DNA of 64,000 bases from Calothrix sp. NIES-2100. GTDB lineage: Bacteria > Cyanobacteriota > Cyanobacteriia > Cyanobacteriales > Nostocaceae. A program made the translations under genes and the position numbers. The DNA is taken from assembly GCA_002368195.1 (NCBI GenBank), contig AP018178.1, positions 5,337,286 to 5,401,285 of the forward strand. Direction: 5' to 3'. Below, piece by piece: positions 18,707-27,347 of the stretch. A model generated the notes under the pieces. That model was not told where the DNA came from and did no database searches. It saw nothing but the letters and a program-made list of their open reading frames with translations. Numbering within the stretch: the stretch's first letter is position 1; each line of letters begins with the position of its first letter.

Positions 18707-20487
18707 ACTTGATAGATTCTCAAGTCATTATCTTCATAATAGATAGCCACCTCCTGTTCATGGAGGTGACGATAAGTCTCACACATCTGCAATGCTGTAA
18801 ATTGTAAGCTGGCACGACCTGCCGATGAGCGATAGTTACGATAGGTAGGGTCAGATAAAACAGAGTAGGGAAGCATTTGGCTTTCACTCAGTCCTGTAAC
18901 CAAGGGTCGTTTTTCGACAAAGATAAACAGATTTGGTACTGAATAACGGAAGTGAAAATCAGGTTTGCTGACTTTAGATCCATACTTCTCCACAAATAAC
19001 CCCAGATCCTCATACCAGCCAGCACCATAACTTTCTGCTAGTTGTTCAATGGGGGCGACAATCACCCAGCGCTTGATGGGGAATCTAACTCGTAGTTCTA
19101 GGGTTTTACGCGCAGCCATTTCATATTCGAGATAGCTGAGTTTCGGAGAAAGTGGCAACAAAAAGTTAATTGCGATCGCCAACATCAAAATCACGCAGAT
19201 AATCTCAGACCATAAACCTAATATCAGACTCAGCAACCAGCTGCTGGGGATTAACACCAGTCCCCAAAGCCAGCTTAGTCCTACAGGTAGTGTGACTAAA
19301 AAAGTGCTTTCCCATCCCAAGGGATTTTCCGGGAAAGCAAAGCCTAAAGCCAATATTATCCAACTAATAGTAACTACAGTTAGTGCTAATCTCCCTCCAC
19401 CAATGAAGCTGATTCCGCCGATGAATGCCAGAATCAGCAACGTTGGTTTAATAATTGCCACGATCGTTAAGCAGCAAACTGCATCAATCAACGCTTCTCG
19501 ACGATATTTACTTTTAGAAGCTTCCCAACCTCGTCCTAAACCTAAAACCAAAAACATAACTCCAATTTCTAAGTTATCCCCTGCCCATTGGCGGATTAAG
19601 GAGGAATTCAAACTTTGAGTTACTGTTGTTAGCCATTGCTGTAACCAAATCGGAGCAAATTCAGGAATATGTCGATGGGAAGTGAACAGATAAGCCCCTA
19701 AGCTACACATCGCACCAATAGCAGCTGTTTTATGCTGAGAAATCACACCGATACCATAGCCGACACTTAGCACCAATAGACAGCCTAAGAGGGGCCCCAG
19801 GAAGCGGATCACCTGCATGGCATCAATCGCACCCAACAGCGATAAGACGCTAGCTAAAGTAGAGAAGGCGGGAAAAGAGTGAATCTGTCCTGGCCAATCC
19901 CCTGCTATGAGTTGCCTGGTAGCCAGCAGAATACTATAACTATCTGGATTTCCCAAACGCAGTTCCTGCAAAGGATGCTCAAATCGCAGTAATACAGCAA
20001 ACGTCAGGATAACAGTGAGTAGCAGAACCTCCAGTATTGTTTGTGAGAAGGCGATCGCGATTACTTGCTGAGCGATCGCCAGTTGTTTTTTTCCCGCCTG
20101 CCAACTTCTATCAACAACCTGAAGAATTTTTGGTAAAAAGCCTTGATCTAGAGCATCTAACACAGCAAATCCTACCCTGTGGCATATCAGATTCAACTGC
20201 TTTTTAACACGCCAATCATGCTGTTGCAGCCAGGGTAGAAGCAAACAACCGCTATATAAAAGTACTAGAGTAAACCAGCTAAACAAATGCAAGGCACTCA
20301 ACAACCAAACCCCTATGAAAGTGACTAGCAACATTCGCGCCCAGCCACTTACTATTCGACTTGGCCAAGGCATTGTTTTCGGAAAAGTAAAAATTACGCT
20401 GGGCAGCCAGATAAACACAATGACAAGCACTATGGCTACCCATATAGTAGTGAGCAAATCAAAAATAAAGGTTTGCAGAACTAACAC
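18685..20487 (-). CDS. Polytopic membrane protein (at least 12 predicted TM helices) with about 150-aa soluble C-terminal domain, 600 aa. Function unknown.
   Basis: Long hydrophobic segments throughout. The 3' end overlaps the convergent spherulin-like gene by 22 bp. No recognisable catalytic motif. Confidence 0.55.
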   Translation of the reverse strand: MLVLQTFIFDLLTTIWVAIVLVIVFIWLPSVIFTFPKTMPWPSRIVSGWARMLLVTFIGVWLLSALHLFSWFTLVLLYSGCLLLPWLQQHDWRVKKQLNLICHRVGFAVLDALDQGFLPKILQVVDRSWQAGKKQLAIAQQVIAIAFSQTILEVLLLTVILTFAVLLRFEHPLQELRLGNPDSYSILLATRQLIAGDWPGQIHSFPAFSTLASVLSLLGAIDAMQVIRFLGPLLGCLLVLSVGYGIGVISQHKTAAIGAMCSLGAYLFTSHRHIPEFAPIWLQQWLTTVTQSLNSSLIRQWAGDNLEIGVMFLVLGLGRGWEASKSKYRREALIDAVCCLTIVAIIKPTLLILAFIGGISFIGGGRLALTVVTISWIILALGFAFPENPLGWESTFLVTLPVGLSWLWGLVLIPSSWLLSLILGLWSEIICVILMLAIAINFLLPLSPKLSYLEYEMAARKTLELRVRFPIKRWVIVAPIEQLAESYGAGWYEDLGLFVEKYGSKVSKPDFHFRYSVPNLFIFVEKRPLVTGLSESQMLPYSVLSDPTYRNYRSSAGRASLQFTALQMCETYRHLHEQEVAIYYEDNDLRIYQVQLPEDL

Positions 20488-21395
20488 AATAATTTACATT
20501 AATATCTCTTAGTCAATCAAAACTCAGCTAGCAGCAACTGTCAATTCAAGGGTTCTAGATATACACATTAAGGCTACTCTTGCAACCTTGATAATTGTAA
20601 ATTTAGTACACAATAGCGGAAATAAAGCCATCCCTCACAATGGCGCGAACATCTGATATGGTGAGCTTTTTGAATTCCGCACACCAGTACTAGGTTTTAA
20701 CCCCCAAGCTTATTTAAACATGGTAATTACCTATTCAAAGTTATTTTATCATTTTAAAATGAGGAACATATGAAGAAAGTAAAATTAGTGTTTTTACTTG
20801 TTTTAACCGAGACTTTATAGATAGTTTATTGATTCTTTATAGAAAGTGTAATATGTTGAAAACGGTAGTTTTTATTACATAAAATTTAGCTATTTATTGT
20901 AAACAGTCTGAAATAATACCAATAATTAACAAAAGATTTAAAAAAATGCAGTTTTATGTCAAAAAAATAAACTTGCACAATCTGGTTAAAAAACAGATCA
21001 GTAAATTTATCGAGGTGTAGTAACATCATATTTGCATTATGAATAAAACAACGAAAATTTATGTACTGGAAAATTTACCAAGAATTTATTTTTTAATAAG
21101 TATTTACGTAAGACAATATGGTTCAGATGCTCATCAGGTTGATTATGAATAAATAAGTTAGTTAATTTGAAAAGTATCCTAAAAATTCGCCAATACCATC
21201 TCTAAAAATAGATTTTCAATTCTCAAAAAAATCTAACGATTGAAACGTATTGGTTGAACATCTAAAGTTTCAACATCATTTCAGGATAGAGGGTGATTAG
21301 TTTCACTTCTAGCCAACTTTTTGATGTATACATGCTGAAAAATTTATTTTTTGAGGCAGACAAAAAAATTTCATTATCATTTAGGGAGAAAAAGA

Positions 21396-22606
21396 TGGCT
21401 AAAAAAATATTAGTAACCGGAGGAGCAGGTTATATTGGCTCCCATACAATCCGTCAATTAGGAGAAGCTGGCTATGATGTAGTGGTTTATGACAACCTCT
21501 CTACAGGTTCAGCAGCATCAGTAATTTATGGTGAACTAATTATTGGTAGTCTCGACGATAAAAATTTATTATCTCAAACATTTAGTCAACACAAATTTGA
21601 TGCAGTTTTGCATTTTGCAGCTCATCTATCTGTACCAGAGTCAGTAGTAAAACCTCTTGATTACTATACAAATAATACTTGTAATACCCTGAATTTATTG
21701 CATTGTTGTCAATTATTTGATGTAAAAAAAATAATTTTTTCTAGTACAGCTGCGGTTTATGGTCAACCTGAGGAATATCCCGTAACAGAGTTATCACCGA
21801 CCAAACCCATGAATCCCTATGGTCGTTCCAAGCTGATGAGCGAACAAATTATCCAAGACTTTGCGCAAGCATCTGGATTAAAATACGTGATTTTACGTTA
21901 CTTTAATGTCGCTGGAGCAGATACTACAGGAAAGTTAGGTCAGTCTGCCAAGAAAGCAGAACACTTAATTAAAGTGGCTTGTGATGCAGCTTTAGGTCGT
22001 CGTCCCTGTGTGAATATCTTTGGAACAGACTTTCCCACCGCAGATGGAACGGGAATTAGAGATTACATCCATGTGGAAGATTTAGCTACAGCCCATGTTG
22101 ATGCGTTGCAGTATCTCGAAGCAGGAAATGACAGTCAAATATTCAACTGTGGTTATGGTCAAGGCTATAGCGTGCGGGAAGTCTTAAAGATGGTGCAGAA
22201 AATCTCTGGAGTAGACTTTCCTGTAATTGAAAACCAACGACGAGCAGGAGATCCGGCTTGTGTTGTAGCCAGCGCTGATAAAATTCGCACCATATTAGGT
22301 TGGGAACCCAAATACAACAATTTAGAAACCATTGTCTCTACAGCTTTAAACTGGGAGAAAAAATTAATTGCTTTGGCCACATTAGAAAAACAGCTAGCAC
22401 AACAGAATTTCCGGCTAGGTGCTCTATTGCTAGAAAACAAAATTATTTCATCGACCGAATTAGAACGAGCTTTACACGAGCAATTAGTCACTAAGCAGAA
22501 ATTAGGGGAAATATTGGTGCATAAGTCAATTATTTCCACTCAAATGCTGGAAAAATTTTTGTTAGAGCAAACTTGGAGAAAACAAGGCATTTGGTTGCAA
22601 GTGTAA
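21396..22606 (+). CDS. galE: UDP-hexose 4-epimerase (GalE/SDR family) fused to a C-terminal T2SSE_N/MshEN-like domain with two tandem c-di-GMP-binding-type motifs.
   Basis: Start chosen at MAKKILVTGGAGYIGSH (Rossmann GxxGxxG) with GGAGAAAAAG 6 bp upstream. The track ORF begins 103 bp earlier with no RBS. YxxxK epimerase core. The C-terminus has RLGALLLENKIISSTELERALHEQ and KLGEILVHKSIISTQMLEKFLLEQ (22412..22560), which fit the RLGxxLLxxGxIxxxxLxxALxxQ MshEN motif. Confidence 0.8.
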
Positions 22607-22829
22607 ATCACAACAAATACTGAATTTTCTTGAGCTTTCTTGAGAATTTTTTACTAGAGGAATCCGGTTTTTTGAATAATTAACTTAATCCTGAAGTTTA
22701 AGTTTAGGGTTAGCAATGCCTACCCTATCTTGGGTTTGTAACCTATAGCAATACCTAAATTTCAAAAAATAAATGTGAATCCTCTAGTGAATTTTGGTTA
22801 AATATTTACCTTTAAGGGTGTAAAAAATC

Positions 22830-25800
22830 ATGAGTAATGATCTGTTGATAATCGACCTCGAAGAGGTATTAAAAAGAGCAATAAATAACATTAGCGAATT
22901 CTTTACATCTGCTGAGTATGCGCAGAAAATGAATTTAGCATTTGGAGAAAAGTGGGATCAAGAGAAAGCCAAGAAGGTAATTGCGGGAATCATCAACAAT
23001 ACAAACCTCCCAGAAATTCAAGTAGTTGACTCTTTAGAAATAAATGGTGGACAAGGAGCTTTTGGGAGTTTTAACCAGACAATTTATTTATCAAAAGCGC
23101 TTTTAAATGATGCAGTCAAAAGTGTTGATGTCCTGATAGAAGAACTAGGGCATTTTATAGATTCGCAGATAAATATTCAAGATGCACAGGGCGATGAAGG
23201 AGCAATTTTTGCCGCAATCGTCCAAGGTAAAGAGCTAACTCAAACTCAACTCTTAGGGTTGAAAAGTGAGAACGATACAACAAATGTCATCATCAATGGA
23301 GAAGCCAGAACATTAGAGCTAGCAGCTACCTACGGTAATATTAGCCTCGATGGTAACTTAAGTGATTGGACATCAGCAGAGAGATTAGATTTTCTTCCTG
23401 GAACAGGAATACCAGGATACGAAATCTATGGAAAGTATGCAGGAGATGCTTATGTATTCGCCTTGAAATCGGATACCCAAGCGATAGGTGCGGGCACAAC
23501 ATTCTGGCTAAATACAGACAGAAATGCGAGTACAGGTTATCAAATATTTGGTCAGACTGGAGTAGGAGGAGCCGAATATAACGTTGATTTCTTTACAGAT
23601 AATGTACCCTCTTTATACACAGGAGGAGCCGGAGCCAATTTGGTCGGTGGTTCTTTAAACTATGCCTATGGTACTAATAATCAAATAGTTGAATTCGCCG
23701 TTCCAATAGCACTTTTAAATGGAGCGCCACAAGCAATTGATGTTTTGACGGATATTAATAACCAAACATTTTTACCGTCTAATTATTCATCTCAAAAATA
23801 TACGGTTTCTGTTTTACCACCAAGAACAGACTTTAGTAAGAAGGTTGGGATAGTATTTTCGGAAACTACAGCGAAAAATTTCTTTCAAGATAAAGCCTAT
23901 ACCCAACTCTTCCTGTCGATGCAAAGCCAAGCAATGCAGGCGGGTATTCCCTTTGATATTCTCACAGAGAATGACTTAACAGACCTCAGCAAGGTTGTTA
24001 ATTATGATGCGCTGATATTTCCTTCTTTCCGAAATGTACCTCTGGCGAAGCTGGATGCAATTCAAAATACACTCACACAAGCCGTCTACAAATATAATAT
24101 TGGACTGATTACAGCTGGAGACTTTTTAACTAACGATGAAAATAATAATGCTTTAGCCGGAGATTCCTACATCCGGATGAAGCAGTTGTTGAATGTGACT
24201 AGAACTGGTGGCGGTGGGCCAGTCAATGGTGTTCTCAACGCTGAGGATATTGCTCATCCAGTGATGCAAGGTTATTCTACGGACGAGGCGATTCGTAGTT
24301 ATAACGGCATCTTTTTTAATAGCTATGGTGATGCAGATAGTACAGACAATAAAACACCCATAGTTCTCGCAGATTTTTTGGTAAATGGGCAGAAAAATAA
24401 TGCTGTACTAGCAACACAAACCGGTGGTAGAAACGTCCATTTTGCCACTGAAGGGTTCATGGGAGATAACAATTTACTGTGGAAAGCATTGCAATGGGCT
24501 GTTCTTGATAACAAACCCAAAGTAGCGTTAAACATGAGCCGGGATGCAAGTATATTTGTTTCGCGGACTGATATGGATCAGTCTCAGGAAGCTGAGGATG
24601 TGAATCCGGTGGGAACTACTCCAGGGATTTACGATCGCCTGCTGCCGACTCTGACACAATGGAAAAACGACTATAATTTTGTCGGGTCATACTACATCAA
24701 TGTGGGTAACAATCCAGCAAATGGGCAAGTGACTGACTGGACTGTCTCCAAGCCTTACTATAATCAAATCCTGGCTCTACAAAACGAAATTGGTACCCAC
24801 TCTTATACTCACCCCGAAGACACAAATCAGAACACCTATAAAGAAAATAATGCGTCGGCTCCTATAACTCCCACTCTCACTGATGCACAATATGCTACTA
24901 AGTTGGAGTTTGAATTTAACCAATCACAATTAGTCATTGAGCAACAGTTAGGAATTCAAGTTTCAGGCGCAGCGATTCCCGGCGCACCAGAAGGTTTAGG
25001 AGTTTCCCAAGAGCTTCAGAAATACCTATCCTATGTTTCTGGTGGTTATGCAAGTGTAGGTGCAGGTTATCCCAGTGCTTTTGGCTTTATGTTTCCGGGT
25101 AAGGATTATGTCTATTTAGCCCCGAACATGTCCTTTGATTTTTCGCTGGTAGAGTTTCGCAAGTTAACAACACAGCAAGCGGAAGCAGAATGGCTTAAAG
25201 AATATACTGGTTTAACCAATCATGCAGCCCAAGCTATCATTCATTTTCCTTGGCATGATTATGGCCCTACAGCGTGGGATACTAGTCCAGAGGATAATCT
25301 ACCCTCGCCTTACAATCAGGCAATGTTTACTAATTTCCTTGCCAGAGCATACAAGGATAATACAGAGTTTATTACCGCGTTAGATTTAAGCGATCGCATC
25401 AGAACTTTTGAGAAATCACAATTAACTATTGATTATCCCAGTGCAAATACTATTACTGCTACTGTTGCAGGAGTTACTAATGTAGGGACTTTTGGTTTAA
25501 ATATCGATCCAACTCAAACCATTAAAAGTGTGAATGGTTGGTATGCCTACGATAAAGATACGGTATTCTTACCAGCTAATGGCGGTCAATTTACAATCAA
25601 TTTGGGAACTCTTCAAGATGATGTGACCCATATTACTGACCTACCAATGCGTGGCGAATTGAAGTCTGTTATCGGTAATGGCACTGATTTAGAATTTACA
25701 TTCTTTGGTGAGGGTAAAGTTGTCTTAGATTTAAAAAATCCCACTGGATTGAATATTGTCACTCAAGGTGCAAGTAGTACGACTCTCAACGGTGAGATTC

Positions 25801-27092
25801 TCGAGATGAATTTTAGCGGTCTGAGTCTACACACTGGCAAAGTGACATTAGCTCCAGATACTCCCCCAACAGTAGCTAACCCAATTGCCGATGTCAGCGT
25901 ACTTGAGGATGCAGCAGATACTGTAATTAATTTAAGTAATGTCTTCACAGATATTGATAACGCTGTTACTGGCATTACTAAGACAGTTAAAGCTAATAGC
26001 AATAGTGGCTTAGTTAATGCCAGCATTGTTAACAATAATCTGACTCTGGATTATCTACCGAATCAATTTGGGACTGCGACAATTACTATTACTGGTACAT
26101 CTAATGGCAAAACTGTTGATGATACCTTTACAGTCAACGTTGCGCCTGTGGATGATGCGCCGACTGTGGTTACTCCAATTGCTGATGTTATTGTTAATCA
26201 AGGTTCTGCTAACACTAATATTAATTTAGGTAGTGTCTTTACTGATATAGATAACGATGCTGCGGCGATTACTAAGTCAATTGTCACCAATAGCAATAAC
26301 ACCTTGGTGAATGCCTCAATTGTGGGTAATTCTTTAACCTTGCAATATTTACCCAATCAATTTGGTAATGCGCAAGTGACTGTGCGTGGTACATCTGGCG
26401 GTAAAACAGTTGATGATACTTTTAGTGTCACTGTTAACCCTGTGGGCAATATCATTAATGGTACTGCTGCAAACAACTCTCTTTTAGGTACTTCAGGTAG
26501 AGATATCATTAGCGGATTTGGTGGTAATGACACCATAGATCCTAGAGAGGGTAATGATGTTGTTTATGGTGGCGATGGTAACGATTATGTTTTGGGAAGT
26601 TTAGGGGATGATTTAATTTATGGGGACGCTGGTAACGATACGTTATTCGGTGGCTCAAATAACGATACCCTTACTGGTGGTAAAAATAGTGACCGATTAG
26701 TTGGTGACTCAGGAATTGACACTCTGATTGGTGTCAACCCCAATGATACTTTAGCTGGAGCAGGAGAAATTGATACCTTAACTGGTGGTACTCAAGCTGA
26801 TTTATTTGTTCTCGGTGATAGAACTAAGGCTTACTACAATGATGGTAATAATCTTAGCTCTGGCACGGGTGACTATGCTCTAATTACAGACTTCAGTACC
26901 TTTGAGGGAGATAAAATCCAACTTTTTGGTAGCGCCGCCAACTATAGAATCAATAATCTTTCATTTAGTTTATCATTGGGCTTCCATAGCGCGCTTTACT
27001 TAAGAACTGGCGGTCAGGATGAGCTAATAGGAGCGATTCAAGGATTTAATAGCCTGAGTCTTACTAGTAGCAGTTTCAGCTATGTGAGCTAA
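22830..27092 (+). CDS. Giant secreted multidomain protein, paralogue 1 (1420 aa). Conserved N-terminal module, NodB-like metal-dependent deacetylase/esterase motif, Ig/FN-like segment, 2 cadherin-like (DDAP-type) repeats, RTX nonapeptide Ca-binding repeats, conserved C-terminal domain.
   Basis: [12 protein letters not shown] (H-S-x-x-H NodB motif 2). Repeats [18 protein letters not shown]...[13 protein letters not shown]. GGxGNDxLxG-type repeats GFGGNDTIDPREGNDVVYGGDGNDYVLG. No N-terminal signal peptide (T1SS-type substrate expected). Confidence 0.8.
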   Translation: MSNDLLIIDLEEVLKRAINNISEFFTSAEYAQKMNLAFGEKWDQEKAKKVIAGIINNTNLPEIQVVDSLEINGGQGAFGSFNQTIYLSKALLNDAVKSVDVLIEELGHFIDSQINIQDAQGDEGAIFAAIVQGKELTQTQLLGLKSENDTTNVIINGEARTLELAATYGNISLDGNLSDWTSAERLDFLPGTGIPGYEIYGKYAGDAYVFALKSDTQAIGAGTTFWLNTDRNASTGYQIFGQTGVGGAEYNVDFFTDNVPSLYTGGAGANLVGGSLNYAYGTNNQIVEFAVPIALLNGAPQAIDVLTDINNQTFLPSNYSSQKYTVSVLPPRTDFSKKVGIVFSETTAKNFFQDKAYTQLFLSMQSQAMQAGIPFDILTENDLTDLSKVVNYDALIFPSFRNVPLAKLDAIQNTLTQAVYKYNIGLITAGDFLTNDENNNALAGDSYIRMKQLLNVTRTGGGGPVNGVLNAEDIAHPVMQGYSTDEAIRSYNGIFFNSYGDADSTDNKTPIVLADFLVNGQKNNAVLATQTGGRNVHFATEGFMGDNNLLWKALQWAVLDNKPKVALNMSRDASIFVSRTDMDQSQEAEDVNPVGTTPGIYDRLLPTLTQWKNDYNFVGSYYINVGNNPANGQVTDWTVSKPYYNQILALQNEIGTHSYTHPEDTNQNTYKENNASAPITPTLTDAQYATKLEFEFNQSQLVIEQQLGIQVSGAAIPGAPEGLGVSQELQKYLSYVSGGYASVGAGYPSAFGFMFPGKDYVYLAPNMSFDFSLVEFRKLTTQQAEAEWLKEYTGLTNHAAQAIIHFPWHDYGPTAWDTSPEDNLPSPYNQAMFTNFLARAYKDNTEFITALDLSDRIRTFEKSQLTIDYPSANTITATVAGVTNVGTFGLNIDPTQTIKSVNGWYAYDKDTVFLPANGGQFTINLGTLQDDVTHITDLPMRGELKSVIGNGTDLEFTFFGEGKVVLDLKNPTGLNIVTQGASSTTLNGEILEMNFSGLSLHTGKVTLAPDTPPTVANPIADVSVLEDAADTVINLSNVFTDIDNAVTGITKTVKANSNSGLVNASIVNNNLTLDYLPNQFGTATITITGTSNGKTVDDTFTVNVAPVDDAPTVVTPIADVIVNQGSANTNINLGSVFTDIDNDAAAITKSIVTNSNNTLVNASIVGNSLTLQYLPNQFGNAQVTVRGTSGGKTVDDTFSVTVNPVGNIINGTAANNSLLGTSGRDIISGFGGNDTIDPREGNDVVYGGDGNDYVLGSLGDDLIYGDAGNDTLFGGSNNDTLTGGKNSDRLVGDSGIDTLIGVNPNDTLAGAGEIDTLTGGTQADLFVLGDRTKAYYNDGNNLSSGTGDYALITDFSTFEGDKIQLFGSAANYRINNLSFSLSLGFHSALYLRTGGQDELIGAIQGFNSLSLTSSSFSYVS

Positions 27093-27122
27093 ATAATTAC
27101 TAGCCTTTAGTTTGCGTGATTA

Positions 27123-27170
27123 ACTCATACAGAGGAAGACACTTCCATACAAGTGTACCTCTGTTGAGTC
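27123..27170 (+). terminator. Conserved stem-loop downstream of paralogue 1 (stem actcaTAcagagg / cctctgttgagt).
   Basis: Seen directly. Homologous hairpins follow paralogues 2 and 3. Confidence 0.4.
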
Positions 27171-27347
27171 AGCTAAAAAAGAAAGTGCAAGTCACAAAAA
27201 GTAAGTATATAAAATTAATATATTTTTGATTTTATATATACAAAAATCATCTTTTATTTGCCGGAATTAACTACAGATTTTTGTATTATTAATTATTGGA
27301 TATTAGTCAGTTTTGGAAAATTACATATCTTAAAAAAATAAAAACTT

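Noticed and set aside
21293-21395. Upstream start (21293) given by the ORF track for the epimerase.
   Set aside because: There is no RBS, and the 34 extra residues are not part of the Rossmann fold. The ATG at 21396 has GGAGAAAAAG upstream and begins the conserved MxKILVTGGAGYIG.
23100-23180. Possible zincin HExxH protease motif in the N-terminal module of the giant proteins ([10 protein letters not shown]).
   Set aside because: The sequence is E-E-L-G-H, not H-E-x-x-H, so there is no zinc-binding first histidine.
24323-24535. Family of minus-strand ORFs (24323..24535, 28862..29113, 34559..34810, 25763..26035, 30245..30517, 35759..36085) with similar sequences.
   Set aside because: They are antisense shadows inside the three paralogous giant genes. 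Their similarity reflects the paralogy of the sense strand. No RBS or independent support.
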